64,000 nucleotides of DNA from an uncultured delta proteobacterium. GTDB lineage: Bacteria; Myxococcota; Myxococcia; Myxococcales; Myxococcaceae. The stretch spans positions 3,008,001 to 3,072,000 of the forward strand of contig CAWCKH010000004.1 in the NCBI GenBank assembly GCA_963796055.1, given 5' to 3'. Under the pieces are notes generated by a model. It did not search any database. It was given only the letters and a program-made list of their open reading frames with translations, and was not told where the DNA came from. Made by a program: the position numbers and the translations under genes. Positions 36,949 to 49,133 of this stretch are shown here, piece after piece (the stretch's first letter is position 1; each line of letters opens with the position of its first letter).

Positions 36949-37651
36949 CCGGGATCGGCTGATCGGTCACCTCGGTGCGCTTGTGGGGCTCGCCCGCGGG
37001 AAGCTTCAGCGGGACGAGGCCCTCGCCGATCCGCGTGTGCGGCTCGGTGTGCTGGTGCGTGGGTGGCGCGGAGGAGGTCCGCTTGTTCCAGGGGTCCGAG
37101 GGGTGGCTGACCGGGGGACCCTGGAGCAGCTTGGGAATGTCCCAGACGAAGCCGGAGCGGTTGTACTCCGACGGCGCATGCAGTCCGGTGTCCATCCGGA
37201 TCGCGTCCTTGGGGCAGGCGTCCACACACAGCCCGCAGACGATGCACCGAAGCTCGTCGATGACGAACTGGGTGGGGTACTTCTCGATCACCCGGTCCTC
37301 GGCCACCGGGTCCGTCGTCTCGTACTCGCCGGCCTCGATGTAGATGCACTGCGCCGGGCAGATGGTGGCGCACATGTAGCAGGCCACGCAGCGCGGCTTG
37401 CCGTCCTCGCGTGGCACCAGCCGGTGCAGGCCGCGGTACCCGGGCGGGTAGGGCGTCTTCTCCTCGGGATAGCTGACCGTGGAGACCAGGTTCCTGCCCT
37501 TCCGGTCCTGGACCTCGGTGTTGATGTCCCGGGGGTTGAAGAGGTTCCGGAGGAAGTGCCGGGTGGTGATGGCCAGCCCGCGGAGCAGCTCGGGGAGATA
37601 GAGCCTCTCCCGCAGGTCGTCAGTCGGATTCTTGCTCGCCTTGTAGGCCAT
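36926..37651 (-). CDS. nuoI: NADH-quinone oxidoreductase subunit I
   Basis: [22 protein letters not shown] and [12 protein letters not shown]. Confidence 0.93.
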
Positions 37652-37668
37652 TCGAGGGTCCCAGGCTT

Positions 37669-39066
37669 TCAGTGGTGCGAGGCGGCTGTGGCTCCGGGGA
37701 GCGCTGCGGAGCCGTGCCCATGCGTGTCCGTGGGGAGGTGGGCGTCATCGGCCCCGTGGCCGACCTCCTTGTCGCTCCGCCTCAGGGCGAGGGCGAGGAC
37801 GAAGCCGATCTCCAGGACGCCGACGACGGCCAGGGTCCGGAGCGACGGGTCGAGGAGGAGGAGCGCGCCGGTGATGAAGACGTTTGCCAGCGCCTGGGGG
37901 AGGAGGATCTTCCAGCCCAGGGTCTGGATCTGGTCGTACCGGAACCGAGGGAACGTCCAGCGGATGGCGAGCTGGATGTAGCAGAGGATGAGGGCCTTGA
38001 CCCAGAAGATGGTCGAGTAGACCGCGCCGAGCAGGATGCCGTGGTCGGCGAGCGCGCGGTTCAGGCTGGAATCGAAGGCGAAGCCGAGCTGCCAGCCGCC
38101 GAGAAAGACCGCGGTGGTGATCGCGGAGAGGATCACCACCTCCGCGAACTCGGAGATCATGAACAGGCCGAACTTCATCCCCGAGTACTCGACGAAGTAC
38201 CCGATGATCTCGCTCTCGCCCTCGGGCACGTCGAACGGGGCCCGCTTGGTCTCGGCGAACGCCGCGGCGAAGAAGCAGATGAAGCCGACCGGCTGCAGGA
38301 AGATTCCCCAGGCCGGGATCCCGACCTTCCCCAGGACTCCGAGCTCCTCGCCGCTCCCCCACAGATGCATCGCCTGACCGGCGATGATGTCCGGGAGCCG
38401 CACGCTAGAGAACGCCATCATCACCCCCACCAGGCCGAGCCCCAGCGCGACCTCGTAGGAGATCATCTGGGAGGAGGCCCGGACGCCGCCGAGCAGGGCG
38501 AACTTGTTGTTGCTGGCCCAGCCGGCGAGCGAGGTCCCGTACACCGCCAGGGAGGCGATGGCGAAGACCCAGAGCAGCCCGAAGTCCGGGTTCGCCACTT
38601 GCAGACCAACACGGTTCACGATGTTCGTGAATGGCACCTTCACCAGCACCTGGGGTCCCACCGGGACGACGGCGAAGAGCGCGAGCACCGGAGCGAACGC
38701 GAGGATCGGTCCGAGGTTGAAGAGCAGCGGGTCGGCGGTCTTCGGCCGGAAGTCCTCCTTGAAGAGCATCTTCAGGGCGTCGGTCGCGACGTGGAACACC
38801 CCCCCGAGTGGACGGCCGCGGAGCAGGGGAACGTTGATCGTCGCGCGGTTCGGACCGATCCGGTCCTGCATCATCGCGCTCCACTTCCGCTCGGCGAGCG
38901 TGAGGAACGTGGCAATGACCATCACGAAGACGAGGACGAGGATGATCAGGTTGCTCACCCAGGCCCAGGAACCCAGCAGCCCACCGATCCAGTAGGCCAC
39001 CGCACTGAAGAAGAAGACCGCTCCGATGATGACGCCGATGGCAGTGAGGACCGAGAGGGCTTTCAT
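37669..39066 (-). CDS. nuoH: NADH-quinone oxidoreductase subunit H
   Basis: [36 protein letters not shown] and [11 protein letters not shown]. Confidence 0.95.
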   Translation of the reverse strand: MKALSVLTAIGVIIGAVFFFSAVAYWIGGLLGSWAWVSNLIILVLVFVMVIATFLTLAERKWSAMMQDRIGPNRATINVPLLRGRPLGGVFHVATDALKMLFKEDFRPKTADPLLFNLGPILAFAPVLALFAVVPVGPQVLVKVPFTNIVNRVGLQVANPDFGLLWVFAIASLAVYGTSLAGWASNNKFALLGGVRASSQMISYEVALGLGLVGVMMAFSSVRLPDIIAGQAMHLWGSGEELGVLGKVGIPAWGIFLQPVGFICFFAAAFAETKRAPFDVPEGESEIIGYFVEYSGMKFGLFMISEFAEVVILSAITTAVFLGGWQLGFAFDSSLNRALADHGILLGAVYSTIFWVKALILCYIQLAIRWTFPRFRYDQIQTLGWKILLPQALANVFITGALLLLDPSLRTLAVVGVLEIGFVLALALRRSDKEVGHGADDAHLPTDTHGHGSAALPGATAASHH

Positions 39067-39070
39067 GGCG

Positions 39071-40821
<1,751 letters not shown>

Positions 40822-40825
<4 letters not shown>

Positions 40826-42060
40826 TGCTCCACCTCGCCGCCGATCATGTTGATGGTGTCGAACGTGGGGATCAGGTCGGCCAGCATCCTCCCCTCGATC
40901 ATCCGCGGGACCCCCGAGAGGATCGCGAACCCCGGCGCGCGGACGTGGACCTTGTACGGTCGGCCCGACCCGTCGCTCACCAGGTACCAGCCCAGCTCGC
41001 CGTTGGCCGCCTCGGTGGAGTCGTAGACCTCGCCCGCAGGCACCGGGATGCCCTCCATCACCAGCTTGAAGTGGGCGATGACGCCCTCGATGGTGCCGTA
41101 GACCTCGGCCTTGGGCGGGAGCGCGATCCGCCAGTCGTCGACGATGATCGGGCCCGGAGGAATCTCCCGGAGCGACTGCCGGACGATGGCCTCGGACTGC
41201 CTCAGCTCCTCCATCCTCATGAGATATCGGTCGTAGTTGTCGCCGTTCTGACCGATCGGGACATCGAAGTTCATCCGGTCGTAGACCCAGTACGGGCGTG
41301 CCTTGCGGACGTCGTAGTTGATGCCGTTGGCGCGAAGGCAGGGGCCGGTGAAGCCGAAGTCCAGGGCGTCCTGGGCGGTGATGACCCCGGTACCCCGCAT
41401 CCGGTCCACGAAGATCCGGTTCTTGGTGAGGAGGCCGTCCACCTCGCCCAGCAGCTCGTGAATCTTGTCCAGGGTCTTGTGGACCCGCTCGGTCCAGCCC
41501 TCGGGGAGGTCGCGGTTCAGGCCGCCCACCCGACCGAACGAGGTGGTGAGCCGCGCCCCGGTGAGCTCGCTCACCCGGTCCATGATCAGCTCACGGGCCT
41601 CGATGGCGTAAAGAAAGGCGGAGAAGCCGCCCAGCTCGAGCCCGATGGCGCCGACGCAGGTGAGGTGGTCATGCATCCGGTGCAGCTCGGAGGAGGCCAC
41701 CCGGATGTACTGGGCCCGCTCGGGGATCTCCAGGCCGACGAGCTTCTCCACCGCCTTGAGAAACCCGAGGTTGTTCATGATCGCCGACACGTAGTTCAGG
41801 CGATCGGTGTAGGGCAGACACTGGTTCCAGGTGACGTTCTCGCAGCTCTTCTGGAACCCGCGGTGGAGGAAACCGATCTCCGGATCGGCGCGGATGATGG
41901 TCTCGCCCTCGAGCTCCACCTTCATCCGCACGGTGCCGTGCATCGCCGGATGGGAGGGACCCAGGTTGATCATCATCCGCTTGGTTTGCAGATGTGCCTC
42001 GAGCTCCGACTCCTCGTCCTGGGTGGGGTCCTCGATCTGTCGTTCGTCGGCGTGGGCCAT
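40822..42060 (-). CDS. nuoD: NADH-quinone oxidoreductase subunit D
   Basis: NLGPSHPAMHG, GFLHRG, DRLNY, NGELG and GGEVE. Confidence 0.95.
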
Positions 42061-42068
42061 GGGTCGGG

Positions 42069-42602
42069 TCAGGCTGTGCCCGAGGTGCCGGGGCCGCGGA
42101 AGATGTCGCGGATGGGCTTCTCGGGGATGAGGGGCTGCCGCTCCCGGAGGGGATAGTCCTTGCGGAGCGGGTGCCCCTTGAACTCCTCGTACATGAGGAT
42201 CCGGCGCAGATCGGGGTGCCCGGCGAAGCGGATGCCGTAGAAATCCCAGACGAAGCGCTCCCACCAGTTCGCGCCCTGGAAGATGGAGGTGACGCTCGGG
42301 ACCTCGGGGTGCTCCTCGCCGACCCGCACCTTGAGGCGGAGGTGCTCGTTCCAGGTCACCGAGTAGAGGAAGTAGACCACCTCGAACCGCGGGATGCTGT
42401 CGGTGAGCTGCAGCCGGTCCACCGCGTCGATGGAGAGGAAGAGCTTGAAGTCGAGCTGCGGGTCGTCCTTGACGTGGGAGAGGACCTGCCGGAGCGACTC
42501 GGCCTTGACCACGCCCCAGCTCCCCCCGGTCCGGTCGGTGTACTGCTCGACGAAGGCGTCGGGGTACTTCTCGTGCACGAGGGTCAGGGCGCGGAGGCTC
42601 AC
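42069..42602 (-). CDS. nuoC: NADH-quinone oxidoreductase subunit C
   Basis: RFEVVY, ANWWER..WDFYGI.F.GHPDLRRIL and GHPLRKDYP. Confidence 0.94.
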   Translation of the reverse strand: MSLRALTLVHEKYPDAFVEQYTDRTGGSWGVVKAESLRQVLSHVKDDPQLDFKLFLSIDAVDRLQLTDSIPRFEVVYFLYSVTWNEHLRLKVRVGEEHPEVPSVTSIFQGANWWERFVWDFYGIRFAGHPDLRRILMYEEFKGHPLRKDYPLRERQPLIPEKPIRDIFRGPGTSGTA

Positions 42603-42657
42603 GGGGGTCGGGACGGCCTTTCCGGGACGACGGGAAGCGTGCCGAGCGGCGCCGCGG

Positions 42658-42687
42658 GTTCTACTGGCCCGCCGCGGGGCACGTCAA
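42658..42687 (-). promoter_or_regulatory. Putative promoter for nuoC
   Basis: Minus-strand TTGACG-N18-TAGAAC upstream of nuoC. Confidence 0.35.
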
Positions 42688-42771
42688 CGGACAACCCCGA
42701 AGAAGTTGGGGCACTTACCGAGCTGAGCAGGCGAAGCGGCAGGTGCCGGCGTGGGAGTAGGGTGGACGCCC

Positions 42772-43236
42772 ATGGAAGGTCCAAGCGTCCAGGAACGGTT
42801 CGCTCCCCACAATGCCTGCTTCGGGTGCGGCCCGGCGAACTCCAAGGGCCTGCGGATCCGGAGCTTCGAGGAAGGTGACCACCTGGTCGCCCGCTGGCGC
42901 CCCGAGGAGCACCACCAGGCGTTCCCCGGAGTGCTGAACGGGGGCATCGTCGGCGCGCTGCTCGACTGTCACTCCAACTGGGCGGCCACGGTAGCGCTGA
43001 TGCATACCCAGAAGGTCGGGTCGCCTCCCTGCACGGTGACCTCCGACTTCGCGGTGACCCTCAGGCGGCCGACGCCGATGGGCCCGGAGCTGTCGCTGTG
43101 GGCGAAGGCGGTGGAGATCCAGGGAGACCGGGCCACCGTCGAGGCGACGCTGAGCGCGGACGGCAAGGTGACCGCCACCTGTCGCGGGACGTTCGTCGCG
43201 GTGAAGCCGGGGCATCCCGCCTATTACCGCTGGTGA
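42772..43236 (+). CDS. PaaI-family (hotdog-fold) thioesterase
   Basis: CFGCGPANSKGL, HQAFPGVLNGGIVGALLD and LRRPTP. Confidence 0.88.
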   Translation: MEGPSVQERFAPHNACFGCGPANSKGLRIRSFEEGDHLVARWRPEEHHQAFPGVLNGGIVGALLDCHSNWAATVALMHTQKVGSPPCTVTSDFAVTLRRPTPMGPELSLWAKAVEIQGDRATVEATLSADGKVTATCRGTFVAVKPGHPAYYRW

Positions 43237-43259
43237 CCGCGGACGTGCCTGGACCCAGG

Positions 43260-45056
43260 ATGAGACGGCGACGTTTCCTCGAGATCCTGGCGGGTGGCGC
43301 CGCCCTGGGGGCGCTCGGGGCGCGGTCCGGCGATGCCCGCGCGGCCGCCATCGCCCGCCGGGTTCGCCCCGGAGAATCCGGCTGGCCCGACGAGGCGGCG
43401 TGGAAGGCGCTCTCCGACACGGTGCAGGGACGACTGCTCCGCGTCGACTCGCCGCTGGAGACGGCCAGGCCGGACCTGGTGAAGCAGATGCACAACCCGT
43501 ACTTCATCGGGGACCAGGTCTGGGGCACCCAGAGCACGGGATGGGCAGGTGCGTGGACCTCGAGCCCGAGCGCCTACGCGGTCACGGCGAGGAACGCCGC
43601 GGACGTGTCGGCCGCGGTCGACTTCGCCCGCTCGCACCGGCTCCGGCTGGTGGTGAAGGGCGGGGGACACAGCTACCACGGCACCTCCAACGCGCCCGAC
43701 TCGCTCCTCGTCTGGACCCGGGCCGTGGAGGACGTCACCCTGCACGACGCCTTCGTCCCGCGCGGGTGCGAGGGGATGCTCCACCCGGTGCCGGCGGTGA
43801 GCGTGGGCGCGGGTGCCCTCTGGTTTCACGCGTACGACGCGGTGACCACCCGGGGCGGCCGGTACGTGCAGGGGGGCGGATGCGCGACGGTGGGAGTCGC
43901 GGGCCTGGTGCAGGGGGGCGGGTTCGGGAGCTTCTCCAAGCGGTTCGGGATGGCGGCCGCGAGCCTGCTGGAGGCCGAGGTCGTGACCGCCGACGGCGTC
44001 GTCCGGATCGCCAATGCCTGCACCCATCCGGACCTCTTCTGGGCGCTGAAGGGAGGTGGCGGCCCCAGCTTCGGCGTCGTCACCCGCCTGACGCTGAAGA
44101 CCCACGCGCTGCCAGCGACCTTCGGTGCGGTGCTGCTGACCCTCCAGGCCGACTCAGATGCAGCCTTCAAGCGGCTGATCCGGCGGTTCGTCGCTTTCTA
44201 CGGCAGCACGCTGATGAACCCGCACTGGGGTGAGCAGGTCCGGCTGTACTCCCGGAACCGGATGGCGGTCCAGATGCTCTTCGAGGGGCTGGACACCGCC
44301 CAGGCGGAGGAGGTCTGGCGGCCATTCCTCGCCGAGGCGGCCAAGCCGGGGAGCGGTGTCAACATCGGCGCCGACCGGACCATCGTCAGCGTGCCGGCGC
44401 GTGACTTCTGGAACCCCGAGTTCCTCAAGACGAACCTCGGGCCGTACGTCAGGTTCGACGACCGGCCCTCCGCCCCGCCGTTCAAGAACCTCTGGTGGGC
44501 GAGCAACGAGGAGGAGCTCGGGGCGTACTGGCACGGGTACGAGTCCACCTGGCTTCCCGCATCTCTGCTTTCGCCCGCACGCCAGGAGGCGCTCGCCGCG
44601 GCCCTCTTCGCCGCCTCGCGGCATTGGACGGTGGGGCTGCACTTCAACAAAGGCCTGGCCGGAGCGCCGTCCGAGGCGGTCACCGCCGCGCGAGACACCT
44701 GCATCAACCCCGCGGCGCTCGACGCGTTCGCCCTGGCGATCATCGCCGGGAGCGGTCCGCCGGTGTACCCGGGCGTGTCGGGGCACGAGCCCGATCCAGT
44801 CGAGGCACGCAACGACGCGCAGGCAATCCACCGGGCGATGGTGGAGCTGCGGAAGGTGGTGCCCGAGCCGGGCTCATACGTGCTCGAGACCAGCTACTTC
44901 GAGCCGAAGTGGCAGCGGGCATTCTGGGGGAGGAACTACCCCCGGCTCCGCGCGGTGAAGAAGAAGTACGACCCCGGCGGTCTGTTCATCGTCCACCATG
45001 GGGTGGGGAGCGAGGACTGGAGCGCGGACGGGATGACCCGCGTCGCCGGAGGCTGA
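43260..45056 (+). CDS. Tat-exported FAD-linked oxidase (VAO/berberine-bridge-enzyme family)
   Basis: MRRRRFL Tat signal, VKGGGHSY, GGGCATVG, DLFWALKGGG and C-terminal FWGRNYPRL..VKKKYDP. Confidence 0.9.
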   Translation: MRRRRFLEILAGGAALGALGARSGDARAAAIARRVRPGESGWPDEAAWKALSDTVQGRLLRVDSPLETARPDLVKQMHNPYFIGDQVWGTQSTGWAGAWTSSPSAYAVTARNAADVSAAVDFARSHRLRLVVKGGGHSYHGTSNAPDSLLVWTRAVEDVTLHDAFVPRGCEGMLHPVPAVSVGAGALWFHAYDAVTTRGGRYVQGGGCATVGVAGLVQGGGFGSFSKRFGMAAASLLEAEVVTADGVVRIANACTHPDLFWALKGGGGPSFGVVTRLTLKTHALPATFGAVLLTLQADSDAAFKRLIRRFVAFYGSTLMNPHWGEQVRLYSRNRMAVQMLFEGLDTAQAEEVWRPFLAEAAKPGSGVNIGADRTIVSVPARDFWNPEFLKTNLGPYVRFDDRPSAPPFKNLWWASNEEELGAYWHGYESTWLPASLLSPARQEALAAALFAASRHWTVGLHFNKGLAGAPSEAVTAARDTCINPAALDAFALAIIAGSGPPVYPGVSGHEPDPVEARNDAQAIHRAMVELRKVVPEPGSYVLETSYFEPKWQRAFWGRNYPRLRAVKKKYDPGGLFIVHHGVGSEDWSADGMTRVAGG

Positions 45057-46079
45057 CCTCGCCGCCTCAGTCGCCCGGTGTGACAGCTCGGCCTTCCCGT
45101 CCCGATTGCTCCACTCGGTCTGGAAGGCGAAGCCGTTCCGGCGGCCCCACACGCTCTTCAGCGCCGAATCCCCCTCCAGCTCCGCGTTGAGCACCGGGAT
45201 GTCGCCGATCTCGCCCTTGCCGCGCATCGGTCGCCCCAGCTCGTCGAGCACCGCCGACCCGTCGCGCCGGCGGACCGGTGTCGTGTCGTCGTACCAGCCG
45301 AGGTAGTGCGGATCTCCCGTCTCGATGGCGAGGCCGACGTCCGGGTCGGTCACCGCCTCGGTCACCTCGTGGCTCTCGGTCACGGTGATGTTGTCGATGG
45401 GCGCCCCGGTGAAGTCGATGCCGTTCACCTGCGAGCCGGTGCGCTGCGAATAGACCACCACCGCGTAGTAGACGGGGTGCCCGTCGCTGGCGGTCACGCT
45501 GCCGTGAAACCCGCCGAGGCCCGAGCGCGAGCTGGCCTCGCCGTCGTGAAGCGTGACCCCCGGCGGGAGCACCACGGTGAAGACCCGCTCGGGGTCCGAC
45601 GCGTCGAAGGCGCCCGAGCGCACCTGCGCCTGGACCAGCGCCTCGACGTCCTCCTTCGAGAAGTCCCGCCGCGACACGCCCCCCAGCACCTTCGACGGGG
45701 AGGTCGTCCCGGGCCCACCGCCGTACTCCCGCCAGATGCCCGTCTGCCCTGGGTCCTTCACCAGCGCGGCCATCGCCGCGTCGTTCCGCGCGCGGTCGCG
45801 CTTGCCCTGGAGCGTCTGCCAGTACGCGCCCACGTACACCGGGACCACGTCCGGGGAGCGAAGGACCTTCCCGCCGTGGAAGGTGAGGTGGCCGGTCTCG
45901 ACACTGGTGGCACCGGCACGCCCGGGCGAGGGCCTCGGCTGGAGGTCGTCGAATTCGATCCGATCCGGGTCCCCCGGCTCGAAGCGCCGACTGTGCGTCG
46001 ATGCGGACGCCTGCTCCTCGTGGTCCTGGACATGCGGATCGAATGGCGGCGCTGCGCCCGCGGACTGCACCCGGCTCAT
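44874..46079 (-). CDS. EXORDIUM/PHI-1-like protein (3' end probably frameshift-extended)
   Basis: LTFHGGKVL, GGFH, SHEVTEAVTDPD, GWYDD, GEIGDI and QTEWSN; likely native stop at 45067. Confidence 0.65.
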   Translation of the reverse strand: MSRVQSAGAAPPFDPHVQDHEEQASASTHSRRFEPGDPDRIEFDDLQPRPSPGRAGATSVETGHLTFHGGKVLRSPDVVPVYVGAYWQTLQGKRDRARNDAAMAALVKDPGQTGIWREYGGGPGTTSPSKVLGGVSRRDFSKEDVEALVQAQVRSGAFDASDPERVFTVVLPPGVTLHDGEASSRSGLGGFHGSVTASDGHPVYYAVVVYSQRTGSQVNGIDFTGAPIDNITVTESHEVTEAVTDPDVGLAIETGDPHYLGWYDDTTPVRRRDGSAVLDELGRPMRGKGEIGDIPVLNAELEGDSALKSVWGRRNGFAFQTEWSNRDGKAELSHRATEAARSASGDAGHPVRAPVLAPHPMVDDEQTAGVVLLLHRAEPGVVPPPECPLPLRLEVAGLEHV

Positions 46080-46246
46080 GTGAGGCTCCCCCCGTGCCGC
46101 GACCGTTCGTGGTCACGGCGTTCCGGAGGCCTCAGCAAGGACCGTGCGCAAGCGCTCTCCCGGGGGATGCCGCCGATCGCCGTCGAGGAGCGCGGACGAA
46201 CCGACCGCGGGGGTGGACGCCTGAGAGCTGGCCGGAGGCCGACTCC

Positions 46247-47257
46247 TCAGCTCCCGCTCTCCCCGGTCGAGGCGCCTGCGCCCACGACGTGACAGGCCAC
46301 AAGGGTCCCATTCCCGAGCGGCCGAAGCTCCGGCCGCTCCACCCGGCAGCGCGCCTCGGCCAGCGGGCACCGGGGATGGAACGCGCACCCGGATGGCGGG
46401 GCGAGCGCGCTGGGCACCTCGCCGGGAATCGCCGCCCGCCGCCGCCCGGGCCGGCCCACGTCGGGAATGGTCTCCAGCAGCGCCCGGGTGTACGGGTGCG
46501 CCGGCGCGCCGAACAGCACTGCCTTCGGCGCCCACTCCACCAGCCGGCCCAGGTACATCACCGCCACGCTGGTCGAGACGTGGGAGACCACCGCCAGGTC
46601 GTGGCTGATGAAGACCAGCGACAGGCCGAGCCGGGCCTGCGTCAACTTCAACAGATTCAGCACCTGCGCCTGGACCGAGACGTCCAGCGCCGAGGTCGGC
46701 TCGTCGCAGACCACCAGCTCCGGCTCGGCGCACAGCGCCCGGGCGATGGCCAGCCGCTGCCGCTGCCCGCCCGAGAACTGGTGCGGGTGCTTGTCGAGGT
46801 CGGCCTCCGAGAGCCCCACCTGCCCCAGGAGCTGGACCGCCCGCGCGCGCCGCTCCCCCACCGACAGCGTGCCGAGCACCGGTTCGGTGACGATGTCCCG
46901 GACCCGCCACCGGGGGTCCAGCGAGGCGTATGGGTCCTGGAACACCATCTGGATCCGCCGCTGGAACGCCCGCGGCCGCCGATGCGCGCCCCCGGCGAGC
47001 AGCTGGCCCCGGAGGCGGATCTCCCCGGCGGTCGGGACCTCGAGCCCGACCAGCAGTCGCCCGAGTGTCGTCTTCCCGCACCCGGACTCTCCCACCACCC
47101 CGAGCGTCTCGCCGCCCCGGAGCGTGACGCTCACCCCCTCGACCGCGCGCACCAGGGCCGGAGGCGCACCGGACAACCGGCCGAGCAGCGGCCGCGGCAC
47201 CACGAAGTGCTTGGTCAATCCCCGCAGCTCGAGGAACGGGGCCGCACCCTCAGCCAT
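46247..47257 (-). CDS. dppF: Dpp/Opp-type ABC transporter ATP-binding subunit (F)
   Basis: GESGCGKT, FSGGQRQR, DEPTSALD, HPYT and C-terminal CAFHPRCP. Confidence 0.9.
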   Translation of the reverse strand: MAEGAAPFLELRGLTKHFVVPRPLLGRLSGAPPALVRAVEGVSVTLRGGETLGVVGESGCGKTTLGRLLVGLEVPTAGEIRLRGQLLAGGAHRRPRAFQRRIQMVFQDPYASLDPRWRVRDIVTEPVLGTLSVGERRARAVQLLGQVGLSEADLDKHPHQFSGGQRQRLAIARALCAEPELVVCDEPTSALDVSVQAQVLNLLKLTQARLGLSLVFISHDLAVVSHVSTSVAVMYLGRLVEWAPKAVLFGAPAHPYTRALLETIPDVGRPGRRRAAIPGEVPSALAPPSGCAFHPRCPLAEARCRVERPELRPLGNGTLVACHVVGAGASTGESGS

Positions 47258-48233
47258 CGCTCCTCCTGGTCTCGAGCGGGTGCCAGCAGGCCAGCTCGGA
47301 GTCTCCGCCGCGCTCCAGTGGCGGTCGCTCGATGCGGCACCGGTCGGAGGCGCGCGGGCAGCGGGGGTGGAACGCGCACCCATCAGGCAGCTCGCCCGGC
47401 CGCGGCATCGTGCCGGGGATCGCCGGGAGCGCACCGTTCCCCTCGGCGCGGATCCGCGGCACCGCATCCAGGAGCGCCCGGGTGTAGGGGTGGCCCGGCT
47501 CCCGCAGCAGCCGGGCGACCGGCGCCCGCTCGACGATGCGCCCCGCGTACATCATGGCCACCTCGTTCGCCAGCTCGGCCACCACGCCCAGATCGTGCGT
47601 GATCAGGAGCACCGAGGTGCCATGCTCCTCGACCAGGCGCGCCAGGAGCGCGACGATCTGCGCCTGCGTCGACACGTCGAGCGCGGTGGTGCACTCGTCG
47701 GCCACCACCAGCGGCGGCTCGGCGCACAGCGCAAGCGCGATCGCCACCCGCTGCCGCATCCCTCCGGAGAGCTGGTGCGGATAGTGCTCGAAGCGCTCCG
47801 CCGGCGAGGGCAGCCCCACGTCGGCGAGGAGCTGGATGGCCCGCTCGCGCGCCGCGGGCCGGTCCAGTGGCAGATGCGCCCGGAGGGTCTCCACGAGCTG
47901 GTCGCCCACGCGGAACAGGGGGTCGAGGCTGGTGAACGGATCCTGCGGGACGAAGCCGACCTCCTTCCCCCGCAGCGGACGGACCGCATCCTCGTCCGCG
48001 AGGTTCACCTCCCGCCCACGCACGCCCAGGCGGCCGGCGGTGATTCTGACCGGCGCCGAGACGAGCCCGATCAGGGCCGCGGCGGTGAGGGACTTTCCGG
48101 CGCCTGACTCGCCGACCAGTCCGAGCACCCGGGCGGGCTCGATCCGCAGCGACAGGTCCTGGACCAGCGGGACGGGGCCGTCCGGCCTGGCCAGCTGGAT
48201 CTGCAGCCCCTCGAGTGTGATGCCCCCGCTCAC
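47250..48233 (-). CDS. dppD: Dpp/Opp-type ABC transporter ATP-binding subunit (D)
   Basis: GESGAGKS, YPHQLSGGMRQR, HDLGVV, HPYT and CAFHPRC. Confidence 0.9.
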   Translation of the reverse strand: MSGGITLEGLQIQLARPDGPVPLVQDLSLRIEPARVLGLVGESGAGKSLTAAALIGLVSAPVRITAGRLGVRGREVNLADEDAVRPLRGKEVGFVPQDPFTSLDPLFRVGDQLVETLRAHLPLDRPAARERAIQLLADVGLPSPAERFEHYPHQLSGGMRQRVAIALALCAEPPLVVADECTTALDVSTQAQIVALLARLVEEHGTSVLLITHDLGVVAELANEVAMMYAGRIVERAPVARLLREPGHPYTRALLDAVPRIRAEGNGALPAIPGTMPRPGELPDGCAFHPRCPRASDRCRIERPPLERGGDSELACWHPLETRRSDG

Positions 48234-49120
48234 GAGACGGCGCCCCGCTGCTTCGGGTCCAGCCCGTCCCGGAGCCCGTCGCCGGCGACGTTGACCGCCA
48301 GCACCAGCCCGGCGAGCGCCAGGCCCGGGAACACCACCATCCACCACGCTCCGGATGGAAGGTAGGCGCTGCCGTTGCGAACCAGCGTCCCCAGCGAGGG
48401 CGAGGTCGGTGGGATGCCCACGCCGAGAAACGACAGGGTGGCCTCGGTGAGGATGGCGTTCCCCAGCCCGACGGTGGCGATCACCACGATCGGGCCCATC
48501 ACGTTGGGCAGCACATGCGAGAGGAGAATTGCCCACCCGGGCCGGGCCATGACCTGTGCCGCCTGCACGTAGCCCTTCTCTCGCTCGACCAGCGTGCCCA
48601 CCCGCGCCGCGCGGGCGAAGGGCACCCACTGGGCGAGGGCGATGGCGCCGATCACCACCGGGACGCCGAGGGTCTCGTGCGCCGAACGGGGGAGCACGCT
48701 CCGCGCCACGCCATCGAGCAGCATCGCGACCAGGATCGCCGGGAAGGTGAGCTGCGCGTCGGCTGCCCGCATCAGGAGCGCATCGAGCCAGCCCCCGCGG
48801 TACCCGCTGACCAGGCCCGCGGCGAGCCCGAGCAGCATGGCCAGGGCCACCGCGGCGAAGCCGACCCCCATGGAGAGTCGCAGGCCGAAGAGGACCCCGG
48901 AGAGGACGTCCCGACCCTGCTCGTCGGTCCCGAGCAGGAACGCGCGGCTGCCCTCCGGCTGCCAGGCCGGCGGGAGTGAGGCGTTCATGAGGTCCAGCGT
49001 CCGCAGATCCGAGACCGGCTGCGGCGCGACCCAGCGCGCTCCGGCGGCGAGGAGCACGTAGCCGGCGATCACCGCCAGCGCGATGCGCGTCCCCCGCCGT
49101 GTGCCTGCCAGCAGGTGCAT
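48230..49120 (-). CDS. dppC: Dpp/Opp-type ABC transporter permease (C)
   Basis: LGTDEQGRD, HVLPN, EATLSFLG and NVAGDGLRD.LDP. Confidence 0.9.
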   Translation of the reverse strand: MHLLAGTRRGTRIALAVIAGYVLLAAGARWVAPQPVSDLRTLDLMNASLPPAWQPEGSRAFLLGTDEQGRDVLSGVLFGLRLSMGVGFAAVALAMLLGLAAGLVSGYRGGWLDALLMRAADAQLTFPAILVAMLLDGVARSVLPRSAHETLGVPVVIGAIALAQWVPFARAARVGTLVEREKGYVQAAQVMARPGWAILLSHVLPNVMGPIVVIATVGLGNAILTEATLSFLGVGIPPTSPSLGTLVRNGSAYLPSGAWWMVVFPGLALAGLVLAVNVAGDGLRDGLDPKQRGAVS

Positions 49121-49133
49121 CCGCCGGCGCTCC

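Noticed and set aside
47685..47705. DppD Walker B/D-loop reads DECTTALD instead of DEPTTALD
   Set aside because: The catalytic Asp-Glu and other motifs are intact; a single substitution is not enough to infer altered function.
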